In this document: positions 39,661 to 48,079 of the stretch, in pieces
Layout of the letters: the number at the start of each line of letters is the position of its first letter
Numbering within the stretch: the stretch's first letter is position 1
Assembly (NCBI GenBank): GCA_052327205.1
Contig: CM126219.1
Coordinates: 50,034,001-50,098,000 of the forward strand
Length of the DNA stretch: 64,000 bases
Direction: 5' to 3'
From: Somniosus microcephalus
Taxonomy: Eukaryota
The notes under the pieces: model-generated
What the model was told of the DNA's origin: nothing
What the model saw: only the letters and a program-made list of their open reading frames with translations
Database searches by the model: none
Made by a program: the position numbers and the translations under genes

Positions 39661-40440
39661 TAGATCGAGGTCTCCTTGCGATCTTTGCTTGGAGAGGGTT
39701 TCAGTGTTTCCTTCACTCTTCATGCCATAACTCTCAATGTAGTCAATGCACTCTCGAAAAACTGCTGGCAGCTGGATCCCATCATACAGCATAGTCCTCT
39801 CAGCAGCCTCGGCTAATGGAACACCAAAGATTGGCCTGAGGGAAGAAGGAGTATCCACCGGAACTGCTTCCTGCTCTGGTGCAGGCTTCTTCTTTTTCTT
39901 TTTCTCTTTCCACTGCTTAACAACATCTGCTGCGGTTATATCTTTGGACTTTTTCTCCTTGTGTTTTTCCTCTTTGCGCTTTTCTTCCTTTGGCTTCTCT
40001 TTGACCTTAAAGTCTTTTTCTTTCTTTTTGGAGAAACTAGGCTTTTTGAAGACATGGATACCCTTTGGCCTTTTCATCCTTGATGGGCTCTCTGCTTCAT
40101 CACCTGAGTCATCTGGTCTGCTTATGGCACAGTTTATACGGTAGACTCTCTTGACCAGTTCTAAGTCTTCACAAGCTTTGTCACCTAGTATCGAATCAAG
40201 TCTTTCAGCCACAACAGAAAACATGAGATGATGCACTTTGTCTTTGACTGTCACTTTAAGTCTGCATACACCTAAGCTATCTATTTTCTGTCCATTATAG
40301 CTCTTCAGTAGTACTGACTTTTTCTGTATTTTGGGCTTTTCTTCCATATTTTTTATGTCACTCATACTGATTAAGTTTGCTTTTGCCCCAGTGTCTAGTT
40401 TCAATGTAACTAATGCTCCATTTATCTGCAGTGGGATCAT
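39568..40440 (-). CDS. Chimeric ORF: retropepsin-like protease fused in frame to a RALBP1 fragment, 290 aa
   Basis: aa ~1-105 are protease (LKLDTGAKANLI...SILGDKAC). aa 112-244 match RALBP1. The remainder is out-of-frame read-through. Expression unknown. Confidence 0.8.
   Translation of the reverse strand: MIPLQINGALVTLKLDTGAKANLISMSDIKNMEEKPKIQKKSVLLKSYNGQKIDSLGVCRLKVTVKDKVHHLMFSVVAERLDSILGDKACEDLELVKRVYRINCAISRPDDSGDEAESPSRMKRPKGIHVFKKPSFSKKKEKDFKVKEKPKEEKRKEEKHKEKKSKDITAADVVKQWKEKKKKKKPAPEQEAVPVDTPSSLRPIFGVPLAEAAERTMLYDGIQLPAVFRECIDYIESYGMKSEGNTETLSKQRSQGDLDLYKSRLMTMPQLHLVIYHQNNLMKTHQTYPC
39661..39713 (-). pseudogene. RALBP1: Captured RALBP1 fragment 2: extreme C-terminus, in a shifted frame
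   Basis: AAG GAA ACA CTG AAA CCC TCT CCA AGC AAA GAT CGC AAG GAG ACC TCG ATC TA = KETLKPSPSKDRKETSI plus a partial stop. The human C-terminus, as recalled, is KEPAKPSPSRDRKETSI*. Confidence 0.88.
39709..40107 (-). pseudogene. RALBP1: Captured RALBP1 (RLIP76) fragment 1: Lys-rich region and start of RhoGAP domain
   Basis: SGDEAESPSRMKRPKGIHVFKKPSFSKKKEKDFKVKEKPKEEK...DITAADVVKQWKEKKKKKKP...LRPIFGVPLAEAAERTMLYDGIQLPAVFRECIDYIESYGMKSEG. Near-identical to human RALBP1 ~S93-G229 as recalled. Confidence 0.95.
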
Positions 40441-41379
40441 CTATTTGTCCACTTTTACTGCATTGACTTTATGTTCAGCATTGTCCATTTCTGAGGGCTG
40501 CACATTTTCTGTATCTTTTTTGATATCGTCACATGACACCATTCCTACAAAAAATGTCTCACTTAAATCAATGTCCTCAGTCACATTAACTTGTTGCCCT
40601 TTTGTTGTTTTTACTTTTGAAAAGCATTGTTTGGCAAAGTGATTCTTTCCATTACACTTTGTGCACATTTTTCCAAACGCTGGGCATTGTCTTAACTGGT
40701 GTTTGTAACCACAGCATTTACAATTAAAAATTTCATCCTCCGATTGCTTTTCATTTCTGTTCTGCCCATGTTTCTTCCCCTTATAGGACACAGCACCGAC
40801 AGCAGCATTATCACTCATTACAATCGTATCATTATTGATTTCACTGAAAGTCTTCGTGTGCTTTCGAGCTAGCTCGCTGGCTTGGCATATTTTCACTGCA
40901 TTTTCCAAATTTAGTTCGGTTTCTCTCAACAGACGTTCCCTGACTTTTTTATCATGAATACCAAACACAATCTGGTCACGAATCATGGATGATTTCAGCT
41001 CAGAGAAATTACATGTCTGTGCTTTCAGTTTCAGATCAGTTATAAAGCTATCAAAAGTCTCATTTTGTTGCTGTGTCCGAGAACGGAAGATGTATCTTTC
41101 ATAGGTCTCATTCTTTTTGGGAGAGCAATGTGCATCAAATTTTTTTAGCACATCTTCTAATTTTCCTCTGTTCTCCTCTGGATTAAATACAAATATATTA
41201 AATACCTCTATTGCCTGTGGGCCTGCAACCGTAAGCAGCAACGCTATCTTCCTTGCGTCTGGCTTCGTACCGAATCCGATGGCTGCAATATAGAGTTCGA
41301 ATTGTTGTTTAAGAGTCTGCCAATTGTAGTCGATGTTTCCTGTGAGTTTCAAACGCTCTGGTGGCTTCAAATTCTCCAT
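40441..41379 (-). CDS. Retrotransposon Gag (capsid plus nucleocapsid zinc knuckles), 312 aa
   Basis: Probable start MENLKPPERLKLTGNI (ATG at 41379, downstream of the PBS). IRDQIVFGI...RERLLRE motif and CKCCGYKHQLRQC / CTKCNGKNHFAKQC knuckles. Ends at a TAG in frame with, and adjacent to, the protease ORF. Confidence 0.9.
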   Translation of the reverse strand: MENLKPPERLKLTGNIDYNWQTLKQQFELYIAAIGFGTKPDARKIALLLTVAGPQAIEVFNIFVFNPEENRGKLEDVLKKFDAHCSPKKNETYERYIFRSRTQQQNETFDSFITDLKLKAQTCNFSELKSSMIRDQIVFGIHDKKVRERLLRETELNLENAVKICQASELARKHTKTFSEINNDTIVMSDNAAVGAVSYKGKKHGQNRNEKQSEDEIFNCKCCGYKHQLRQCPAFGKMCTKCNGKNHFAKQCFSKVKTTKGQQVNVTEDIDLSETFFVGMVSCDDIKKDTENVQPSEMDNAEHKVNAVKVDK

Positions 41380-41410
41380 GTCGCTTTTCACAATTTTCAG
41401 CAGATCTTCA

Positions 41411-41424
41411 CCATTCTGGTACCA
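41411..41424 (-). other. Primer-binding site (PBS)
   Basis: TGGTACCAGAATGG immediately inside the 5' LTR; TGG is complementary to the tRNA CCA end. Cognate tRNA not determined. Confidence 0.7.
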
Positions 41425-41689
41425 TCTTATGTTCATTAATAAATAGACATTCTTATTATAAACACAGCTAGCTTTTGCTAGACACTTTTAGTGAGCACAT
41501 GTGGACTCGGTACAGTATCTGTAGAGGCATCCATCTTGACTGCTGCCTTGTGGGTAGCCTAGTGCCTCATGGGTAATGTAGTCTTAATACACATACAGCT
41601 GGGTAGTGTAGTCTTATACATACATCTATATACAGCTCTACGGCTCCACCTAGTGTCCACTATAGAATGACATGTTATTGATCATTATA
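41425..41689 (-). repeat. 5' LTR of the Gypsy-type element
   Basis: 41439-41689 aligns to 39113-39373 with 6 substitutions and one 10-bp indel (manual count). Begins TATAATGATC on the minus strand (the other copy has TGTAATGATC) and abuts the PBS. Confidence 0.9.
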
Positions 41690-42119
41690 GTCGTTGCGGC
41701 TGAAACAGTGACAATCACCAAAATGTAAGTTTTTTTGAATAAATTGAAGTGAAGTGTTGCTGTGAAGCTATGAGAATCCGGAGTGCTTCCTTGACTCCAA
41801 AGTCCTCATGATTCTCCCCCCCGCCCCAACCGTTGCTGTTCCAACCCCCCTCCCAGAACTTACATTCCGGTCTTTGCCAGCAAGGCAAGCAGCCTAATAT
41901 TGTTCTTAGTAAAACGCGTGAGCTGCCTGTGGAAGTGTGACAATCACCAGCCTCGGGCCTCCCGTTTGGCTGTTGACATACCAATGGTTACGGACCTGAA
42001 AACCAGCCATAACCAAATTCAGCCCCTCAATAATCCTCTGTTTTTATATTCTAGATTAATAACACGACTAAAATTAGACAAAGCCATCTAACTTCACAAT
42101 ACCAATTTAAACAGATCTA

Positions 42120-42776
42120 GGGGGAAAAATTGTGGGCCGGCGATCGCTAACTTCAGTTTTATCGCCCCAAGAGGGAGGTGGAGCACCAATTCAAGCACTC
42201 CACTTCCTCCTTAGAGCGCTAAACCTGAATATCGGGACGGTGCCTTCTGCAGCGCTACGCACTGGGCCACGTAGCGCTACCACATGGAAGTGCTCTTCTC
42301 ATCAAAGGGGAGGGCCCAAGCCCACAACTCTGAGGGGCCCTACCTGGACCACCGGGGAGCAGGGTGCTGTGCCAGCAGCCCGGCACTCAAGAGAAGTGCC
42401 GGGCTGCCAGATCACGGCACGGACCCCACGTTCAAAGACGCAACGGGCTGCGACAAGTAAGTCGGCCGATTATTTTTTTCCCTGCCCGCCACCTCCCCGT
42501 TAATTAGCGCCCCGCAAGCCTCCTGCCACTCCGTTCCCGCCCCCTGAATCGGTTGCTGTCATTGCCCGGCGCAGATCCACGGGGCGTGGGCCAATTTTGT
42601 AGGCGGGGCGAAAACAGGGCGCTGCGCACCATTACTGCCGCCGCTAAACTCCCGCTGAATTTAGCAGGAGTTGTTAGCGGTGCCGCACCCAGACGAAAAG
42701 TCATTTGCACCCCACTAGCAGCCCCCGCCCCTCGGGGCGCTAACAAGAGACACAAATGCACCTAATTTCTAGCCCC
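42120..42776. mobile_element. Harbinger-type MITE
   Basis: Ends GGGGGAAAAATT / AATTTCTAGCCCC. CpG-rich with tagcgcc motifs. Confidence 0.72.
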
Positions 42777-43595
42777 TAAATGCAATTTTCTTGCTTACTT
42801 GGTTCTTCTTAATATTACAAATTCTAGAAATCCTAAGAAAGAATGAGTAGAGGTGAGAATGCCCTCTGCAGAAGGGTAGGACGTATTGAGATACAATACT
42901 CAGCAACCTTATAATAAATCGAAACTTTAATTGGCATAATAACAATGGAACTAGAAAGATGCACCGTCAGAATGTATCTGTTTCGAGGCCACGTGACCTC
43001 AGTCCTTCTGCAGATGTCTGCATCTCCCCTTTGGAGGCCATCCAAACCCTGGCACTTTACATCATTTACCTGCCGCATCTATTTACTGACTCAACAGAAC
43101 ACTGTCCTCCATCTTCTCAGGAAAGCATGCTTGGCAAATAAGAACAAGGGTAGGCTCATTTGTTTAGTCTTCTGAGAGATTGCCACGCTTATCCTGATGC
43201 TAAGAGAGACTGCTGTACATTCATTCTGCAGATAAGTATATGCCATTATATATGCTCAATACAACTGATCTTTTAAATTATGCACCTGGCCTGTATAGAC
43301 ACCAGTGGGTTAATTTCAAGCCACCATATTGTAATCACTTTATCTGAATGTCCACATGAATGAGGAAAATCAATCTCCAGATCAATATTTATTTACGCAC
43401 TACAATACCAATATCATGGCTGGTGTGAAACCTATAACCAGGGAGGTTAATCTATCATACCCTTTTATCCTCCATCCAAGCTCTGAAATGGAGTCTATTC
43501 CAGATTGGGGATCGCTCAATTGTTGCACCAGATTGAGAATTACTCAAATATTCACTATAAAAATTCTTGAAGTTCAGGCCACAAACACACACAGC

Positions 43596-45341
43596 GGCCA
43601 CGATTTTGCCATCGCTCAGAGTACGGGTTCAGAGGCGGGTCCGCTGTCAAAATAAAAATGATTGACAGCGGATTGGAAACCCGCTCCGAACCCGCCTCCA
43701 TGTTAGTTTCCAAAGTGTCGGGTCTGCGATTTCAGAACAGATCCGACACCAAGTGGCGGGGGAGGCATTTAAGATAGTTAAATGCTTGTTCAACGTTTGT
43801 TAACTACAATTTTGCCAGCCTATTTCTATTTCCCCACTTTTTTAATGAGCTTCACGTCGTTCGGAGATCACGTCAGTTAAGTAGGTCGGGTTCTCTGTCT
43901 CCCCATTGCTGTGAATAGGTGACAGCTGCAAAAGTGGTATGAAAGCTACCATTTCACAGCTGTTCACTTTCCAATGTCAGAAGCTTGAGCCTTCAGGAAT
44001 TGGAAGACACTTTTAAACTGTATGCAGTTTGGAAGTGTTTAGAGTAAACTCTCTATCCACTGTCACCTCCTTGGAGCAAGCTCTCTCACCATTGACAGAT
44101 CGCTTCTGTCATCTCAACTTCAGCTGCCATCTATTCCAGCAACATCAGTGCCCTTGAAAAAATCTCACCTTGGTCCTCTGAATCCCTCCACGATCAGCCC
44201 CAGCACCAACATCACGAGGTACACCAACAACAATACCAATCTTCTCCGCAATCACCTGATGTTGCACAGGACACAGGGCATCAGCACCCGACAACATTGC
44301 TGCCTGAGAGGCCAGCGATGGCATCACCATGGCCAGATTTACTTCATTGACGCTGTACACCCTGGCTGCCACATGATGCGCCAGGTTAACGTCACCCCAC
44401 ACCAGCACCATAAAGCATCCCTACAATGTCCAAGCCATTCCTTTCACACTCATCACATTTGGGGGGAGTTATGTCTCAACATTCACTGGAACTCACAAAG
44501 ACACTTCCAAAGGTGAGCACAGATCTTTCCAATAAGGTAAAGTGTTGAAAATATAGATTTCAGTGTTTGAGAACACATTAACAGAAACTTCACATGAACA
44601 TTGGCTAAACCACCCAAGTGCCTACCCTTGTGTGTTGTTAGTTCGTATGCTAGCAGTAGGTTGAGGGTGAGTGTGATGGGTGGCTAGTGAGATGGGGAAG
44701 TGATAATGTAGATAGAGAGGGATGGGTGGAGGTGCAAGGTAAGTTGGTGTGAGTAAGGATGTGCAGGAGTAGCGTAGGGAAGGCAGATTGATGTGGATGT
44801 GATGAGTGGCACAGCAGGATGAGGTTGAGTGTGGCTTGGCAGTAACGTTTCATGATCTACTGAGATCATTGAAAAGCTTGTGCCACAGCACCCTGGTTCT
44901 CCTGACGACTTCCAAGCTTCTGCCCTCCTGTGCAATGTGCAACCAGGCTGCATTGATCTCCTGGGGAGATCTCTTCTGGGAAGGGATCTGTGACTCCGTA
45001 AGCATATGGAGGGAGTCATGGGAGAGCCTGGGTGCAAGCGTCCACCTTTGTGCAGTGCTCGTCAGTGTTTGTAGCACCTCAATGCTGTAGAATACTGACA
45101 GCAGAACTGTTAAGATCAATTTGGACATGGCCCCTTTAAGGAAACTGCCTGATGACGTGTCATCAAATGACGTCATCAGACCCGCTTCCTATTAATTGGT
45201 TGGGAACCTTGCAGGGTGGGCTTAACAAGCCCAATCAACAAAAAATTGCTTGGAGAGTGCGGGCTGCAGTAGGCAGCGGGCTGGGACCGCAACACTGACC
45301 CCAGCCGCCCCAGATCCGCCTTGGTCAGCGAAATTGTGGCC
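43596..45341 (-). mobile_element. Harbinger deletion-derivative, copy 1 (~1.75 kb)
   Basis: TIRs GGCCACGATTTTGC / GCGAAATTGTGGCC. Minus-strand Myb/SANT-like remnant (APRLSHDSL...AAWLHIAQE...RRTRVLWHKLFNDL, ORF 44850..45176). A convergent plus-strand remnant HHGQIYFIDAVHPGC-HDA (frameshifted) resembles the HARBI1-type PGSxHD nuclease motif. Confidence 0.8.
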
Positions 45342-45679
45342 ATCGTCTCAGAGTGTATGTGAAGGATATCTCAATAATTCAGGTACCTCTAATAGGCATC
45401 ATTTGCCATTAACTGTTTAAAGACTAGCGCAACATTTTTGAATTGGCAAAGATTACAAGACTTTCAAATAATCAAAAATACTATCATTAACAAACAGTCC
45501 ATGTAGAATCATAGAATAATACAGCACAGAAGGAGGCCATTCAGCCCATCGTGCCTGTGCTGGCTATTTGAACGAGTTATCCAATTAGTACCACTCCTCT
45601 CCTCTTTACCCACTGCCCAGCAAATTTTTACTTTTCAGATTACTGCACAGGAATTGCAGGCAACGGGTCTTAGCTGTCA

Positions 45680-47310
45680 CATTGGAATACAGAGTAGAAT
45701 TTCTAAATTTGCCAATGACACGAAACTTGGGGGTGTGGCAAACAGTGAGGATGATACCAATCGACTGCAACAGGACGTAGAAAGGCTAGCAGAATGGGCA
45801 GACAAGTGGCAGATTGAATTTAATAATGAGAAGTGTGAGGTGATGCATTTTGGCAGAAGGAACAGGGAGAGGCAATAGACACTTAATGGCACAGTTTTAA
45901 AGAGTGTGCAGAGACAGAGGGAACTGGGAGTTAATGTGCATAGGTCCCTGAAGGTGGCGGGACATCTTGAGAGAGTGGTTAACAAAGCATATGGAATCTT
46001 GGGCTTCATAAATAGAGGTATTGAGTACAAAAGTAGAGAAGTTATGTTGAACCTTTATAAAGCGCTGGTTAGGCCACAACTGGAGTACTGCGTCCAGTTC
46101 TGGTCACCGGACTTTAGGAAGGAGGTGAAGGCCCTTGAGAGGGTGCAGCGGAGATTTACCAGAATGGTTCCATGGATGGGGGATCTTAGCTACAAGGACA
46201 GGTTGGAGAAGCTGGATTTGTTTTCAATAGAGCAAAGGAGGTTGAGGGATGATTTGATAGAGGTGTGCAAGATTATGACGGGTTTGGATAGGCTAGATGG
46301 AGAAAGGCTGATGGTACAAGGACTAGGGGACACAGATTAAGGTTTTGGGCAAGAGATACAGGGGGGAATGTGAGGAAAAACGTTTTTACGCAGTGAGTGG
46401 TGAGGACCTGGAACTCACTGCCGATGGAAGTGGTGGAAACGGAGACACTCAGGGGGAAAAATTGGGTGAGTAGCGCCACCTCTTAGCGCCTAAAGAGGCA
46501 GTCAGTGGCTGTAGCGCCACTGGCTGCGCCTCCCGCGATATTCAGCAGGGGCACTAATGGTGGCATTAGCCATTTGCGCTGCGCCGCCACCGATGACATC
46601 ATCGGTGTGCGCAGCACCCCATTTGCGCCCCGTTCGCGATATTTGGTAGCGAACGCCGCAGTTGCGCCGTTCGCTACCCGCGCCCGGTTCACGGGGCCTT
46701 ACTGTGCCGGCAGCGGCGCAAGTTAAGGTGGAGGTGCAGGGCGGCCGCCTTTTTCGTCAGCCGCCTGCCAGCACCTCTGTCCCCGGCCTCCTAACCCCCC
46801 CCCCCCCCGTGGCATTGCCGGCTGTTTCCCGAGAGCCCGGCACTTCTCCTTGGTGCCGGGCTCGTTTGCCGGCACTCGCGAGTGGTGATCGCATTGTTGC
46901 AGGCCCCTCCCCCTTAACAGTGGGAGGAAGGCCTGCAGTACCGCAGCGCGCCGTGCCGCAGCGTGTGGCGCTGTGGCACGTTGCGCTGCGATATTCAGTT
47001 TCAGCGCCTCAAGAGGGACGCGGAGCGCCTCGAGCCGCGCCCCGTCTCCCTCTAGGGGCGCTTCAACTGAATTTGCGGCGCAAATTCCAGCGCACAAGCG
47101 AACTTTGCGCTGATTGGGCGCCTCAGGCCAATTCCTAGGCCTCAATGTTTTCAAGGGGGGAACTGGATAGGCACTTGAGGGAAATAAACTAGCAGGGCTA
47201 CGGGGATAGAGCTGGGGAATGAGACTTACTGGATTGCTCTACAAAGAGCCGGCATGGACTCAGTGGGCTGAATGGCCTCCTTCTGTGCCATTATGACGCT
47301 ATGACTCTAT
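45680..47310 (+). mobile_element. CR1 LINE 3' fragment interrupted by MITE 46452-47141
   Basis: ORFs 45654..45878 (ISKFANDTKLGG) and 45906..46340 (LVRPQLEYCVQFWSP). Tail atgacgctatgactctatg. Confidence 0.92.
46452..47141. mobile_element. Harbinger-type MITE inserted in a CR1 3' region
   Basis: TCA duplication at 46449-46451 and 47142-47144. Ends GGGGGAAAAATTGG / CCAATTCCTAGGCC. CR1 sequence is continuous once it is removed. Confidence 0.85.
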
Positions 47311-48079
47311 GGGGGTGATTTTGTCAATGGGGGCGCGTTGGAGGTGGGACTCCCACTTGTCGGGTTTTAGTTCTGCCTCCAGTGGCTTGTGGCCAACCCA
47401 CGCTATTTTCCCTTGATTGACCTTGTTAAGCTGGCCCAGCAGGCTTTGCAGGCCAATTAAGGGAAAGCCGGTTACAGGTGACATCAGCAAGTGATGTTTC
47501 ATCTGTCAAGAGCTTTTGACAGATGAATTGTCATCGTTTGACGGCTCTGTGAAGCTGTCAAACTCTGACAATCTGTCCTTTAAGTTCAGTCCTGTCACTC
47601 AGGCTCAGTTAGAGATCTCTCCTGAGCAGAAAGCAGAATGCTGCAGCTTTTGACAGTTCAGCGGCCATTCTGCTTTCTGTGCCGGTGAGATCAGGGACTC
47701 CCGAGACCTGAAGGGAGGAAGCCTGCAGAAAGAAGTAAAGGTAAGTAAAACTTATTAAAACACTATACACTCACCTCACACACTCACCTCTCCACACTTG
47801 CACCCATCACTCACCTGCACACCGGACATCGCGGCACCACCGACCCCCGCAGACCGACGGGCCGTCTCGCTGACCCAGGCGTGGTTTGGAGTCATCGGGA
47901 AGCCCACACTTCAGGGCTGAAAATAGGGATTCTCAAAAAATCTGCCTGTTAACTACCTGTTAATAGACAGTTAATTGACACTAATCCCCTTCCTGCCTCA
48001 TGGGAGGCGGCTCCCAAATTCTTGTTCCCACTCCGTTTAGCAGATTCATCCAGCTCTGTGCTTTAGCGGATATCGCCCT
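47311..48079. mobile_element. Probable Harbinger-type MITE
   Basis: Left end GGGGGTGATTTT and subterminal sequence are similar to the 57338 and 61716 elements. Right end GATATCGCCC is degenerate. Confidence 0.5.

Larger units (their letters stand above)
39113..41689 (-). mobile_element. Non-autonomous Ty3/Gypsy-type LTR retrotransposon carrying captured RALBP1 sequence
   Basis: Order on the minus strand: two ~260-bp LTRs enclosing a PBS-like TGGTACCAGAATGG, gag with CCHC knuckles, aspartic protease (LDTGA), RALBP1-derived insert, integrase C-terminal tail and PPT. No RT, RNase H or integrase core. Confidence 0.95.
38689..42026. mobile_element. Harbinger-type MITE that hosts the LTR element
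   Basis: Imperfect TIRs GGAGTAGAAATTGGT / ACCAAATTCAGCCCC bracket the LTR insertion. Confidence 0.5.

Noticed and set aside
39568-40440. The genuine RALBP1 locus or an ordinary L1-type processed pseudogene
   Set aside because: It is partial, lies between retrotransposon protease and integrase-tail sequence inside paired LTRs, and has no splice signals or poly(A) tail.
41380-41436. N-terminal 19 aa of the 331-aa gag ORF in the ORF track
   Set aside because: That ATG lies in the LTR end and reads through the PBS. The MENLKPP start at 41379 is the more plausible initiator.
46483-47154. Overlapping Ala/Arg/Pro-rich ORFs (also 18260-18616, 29698-30504, 42132-42765, 12731-13326)
   Set aside because: These are chance ORFs in GC-rich MITEs with no recognisable domain; the regions are bounded by TIRs and TSDs.
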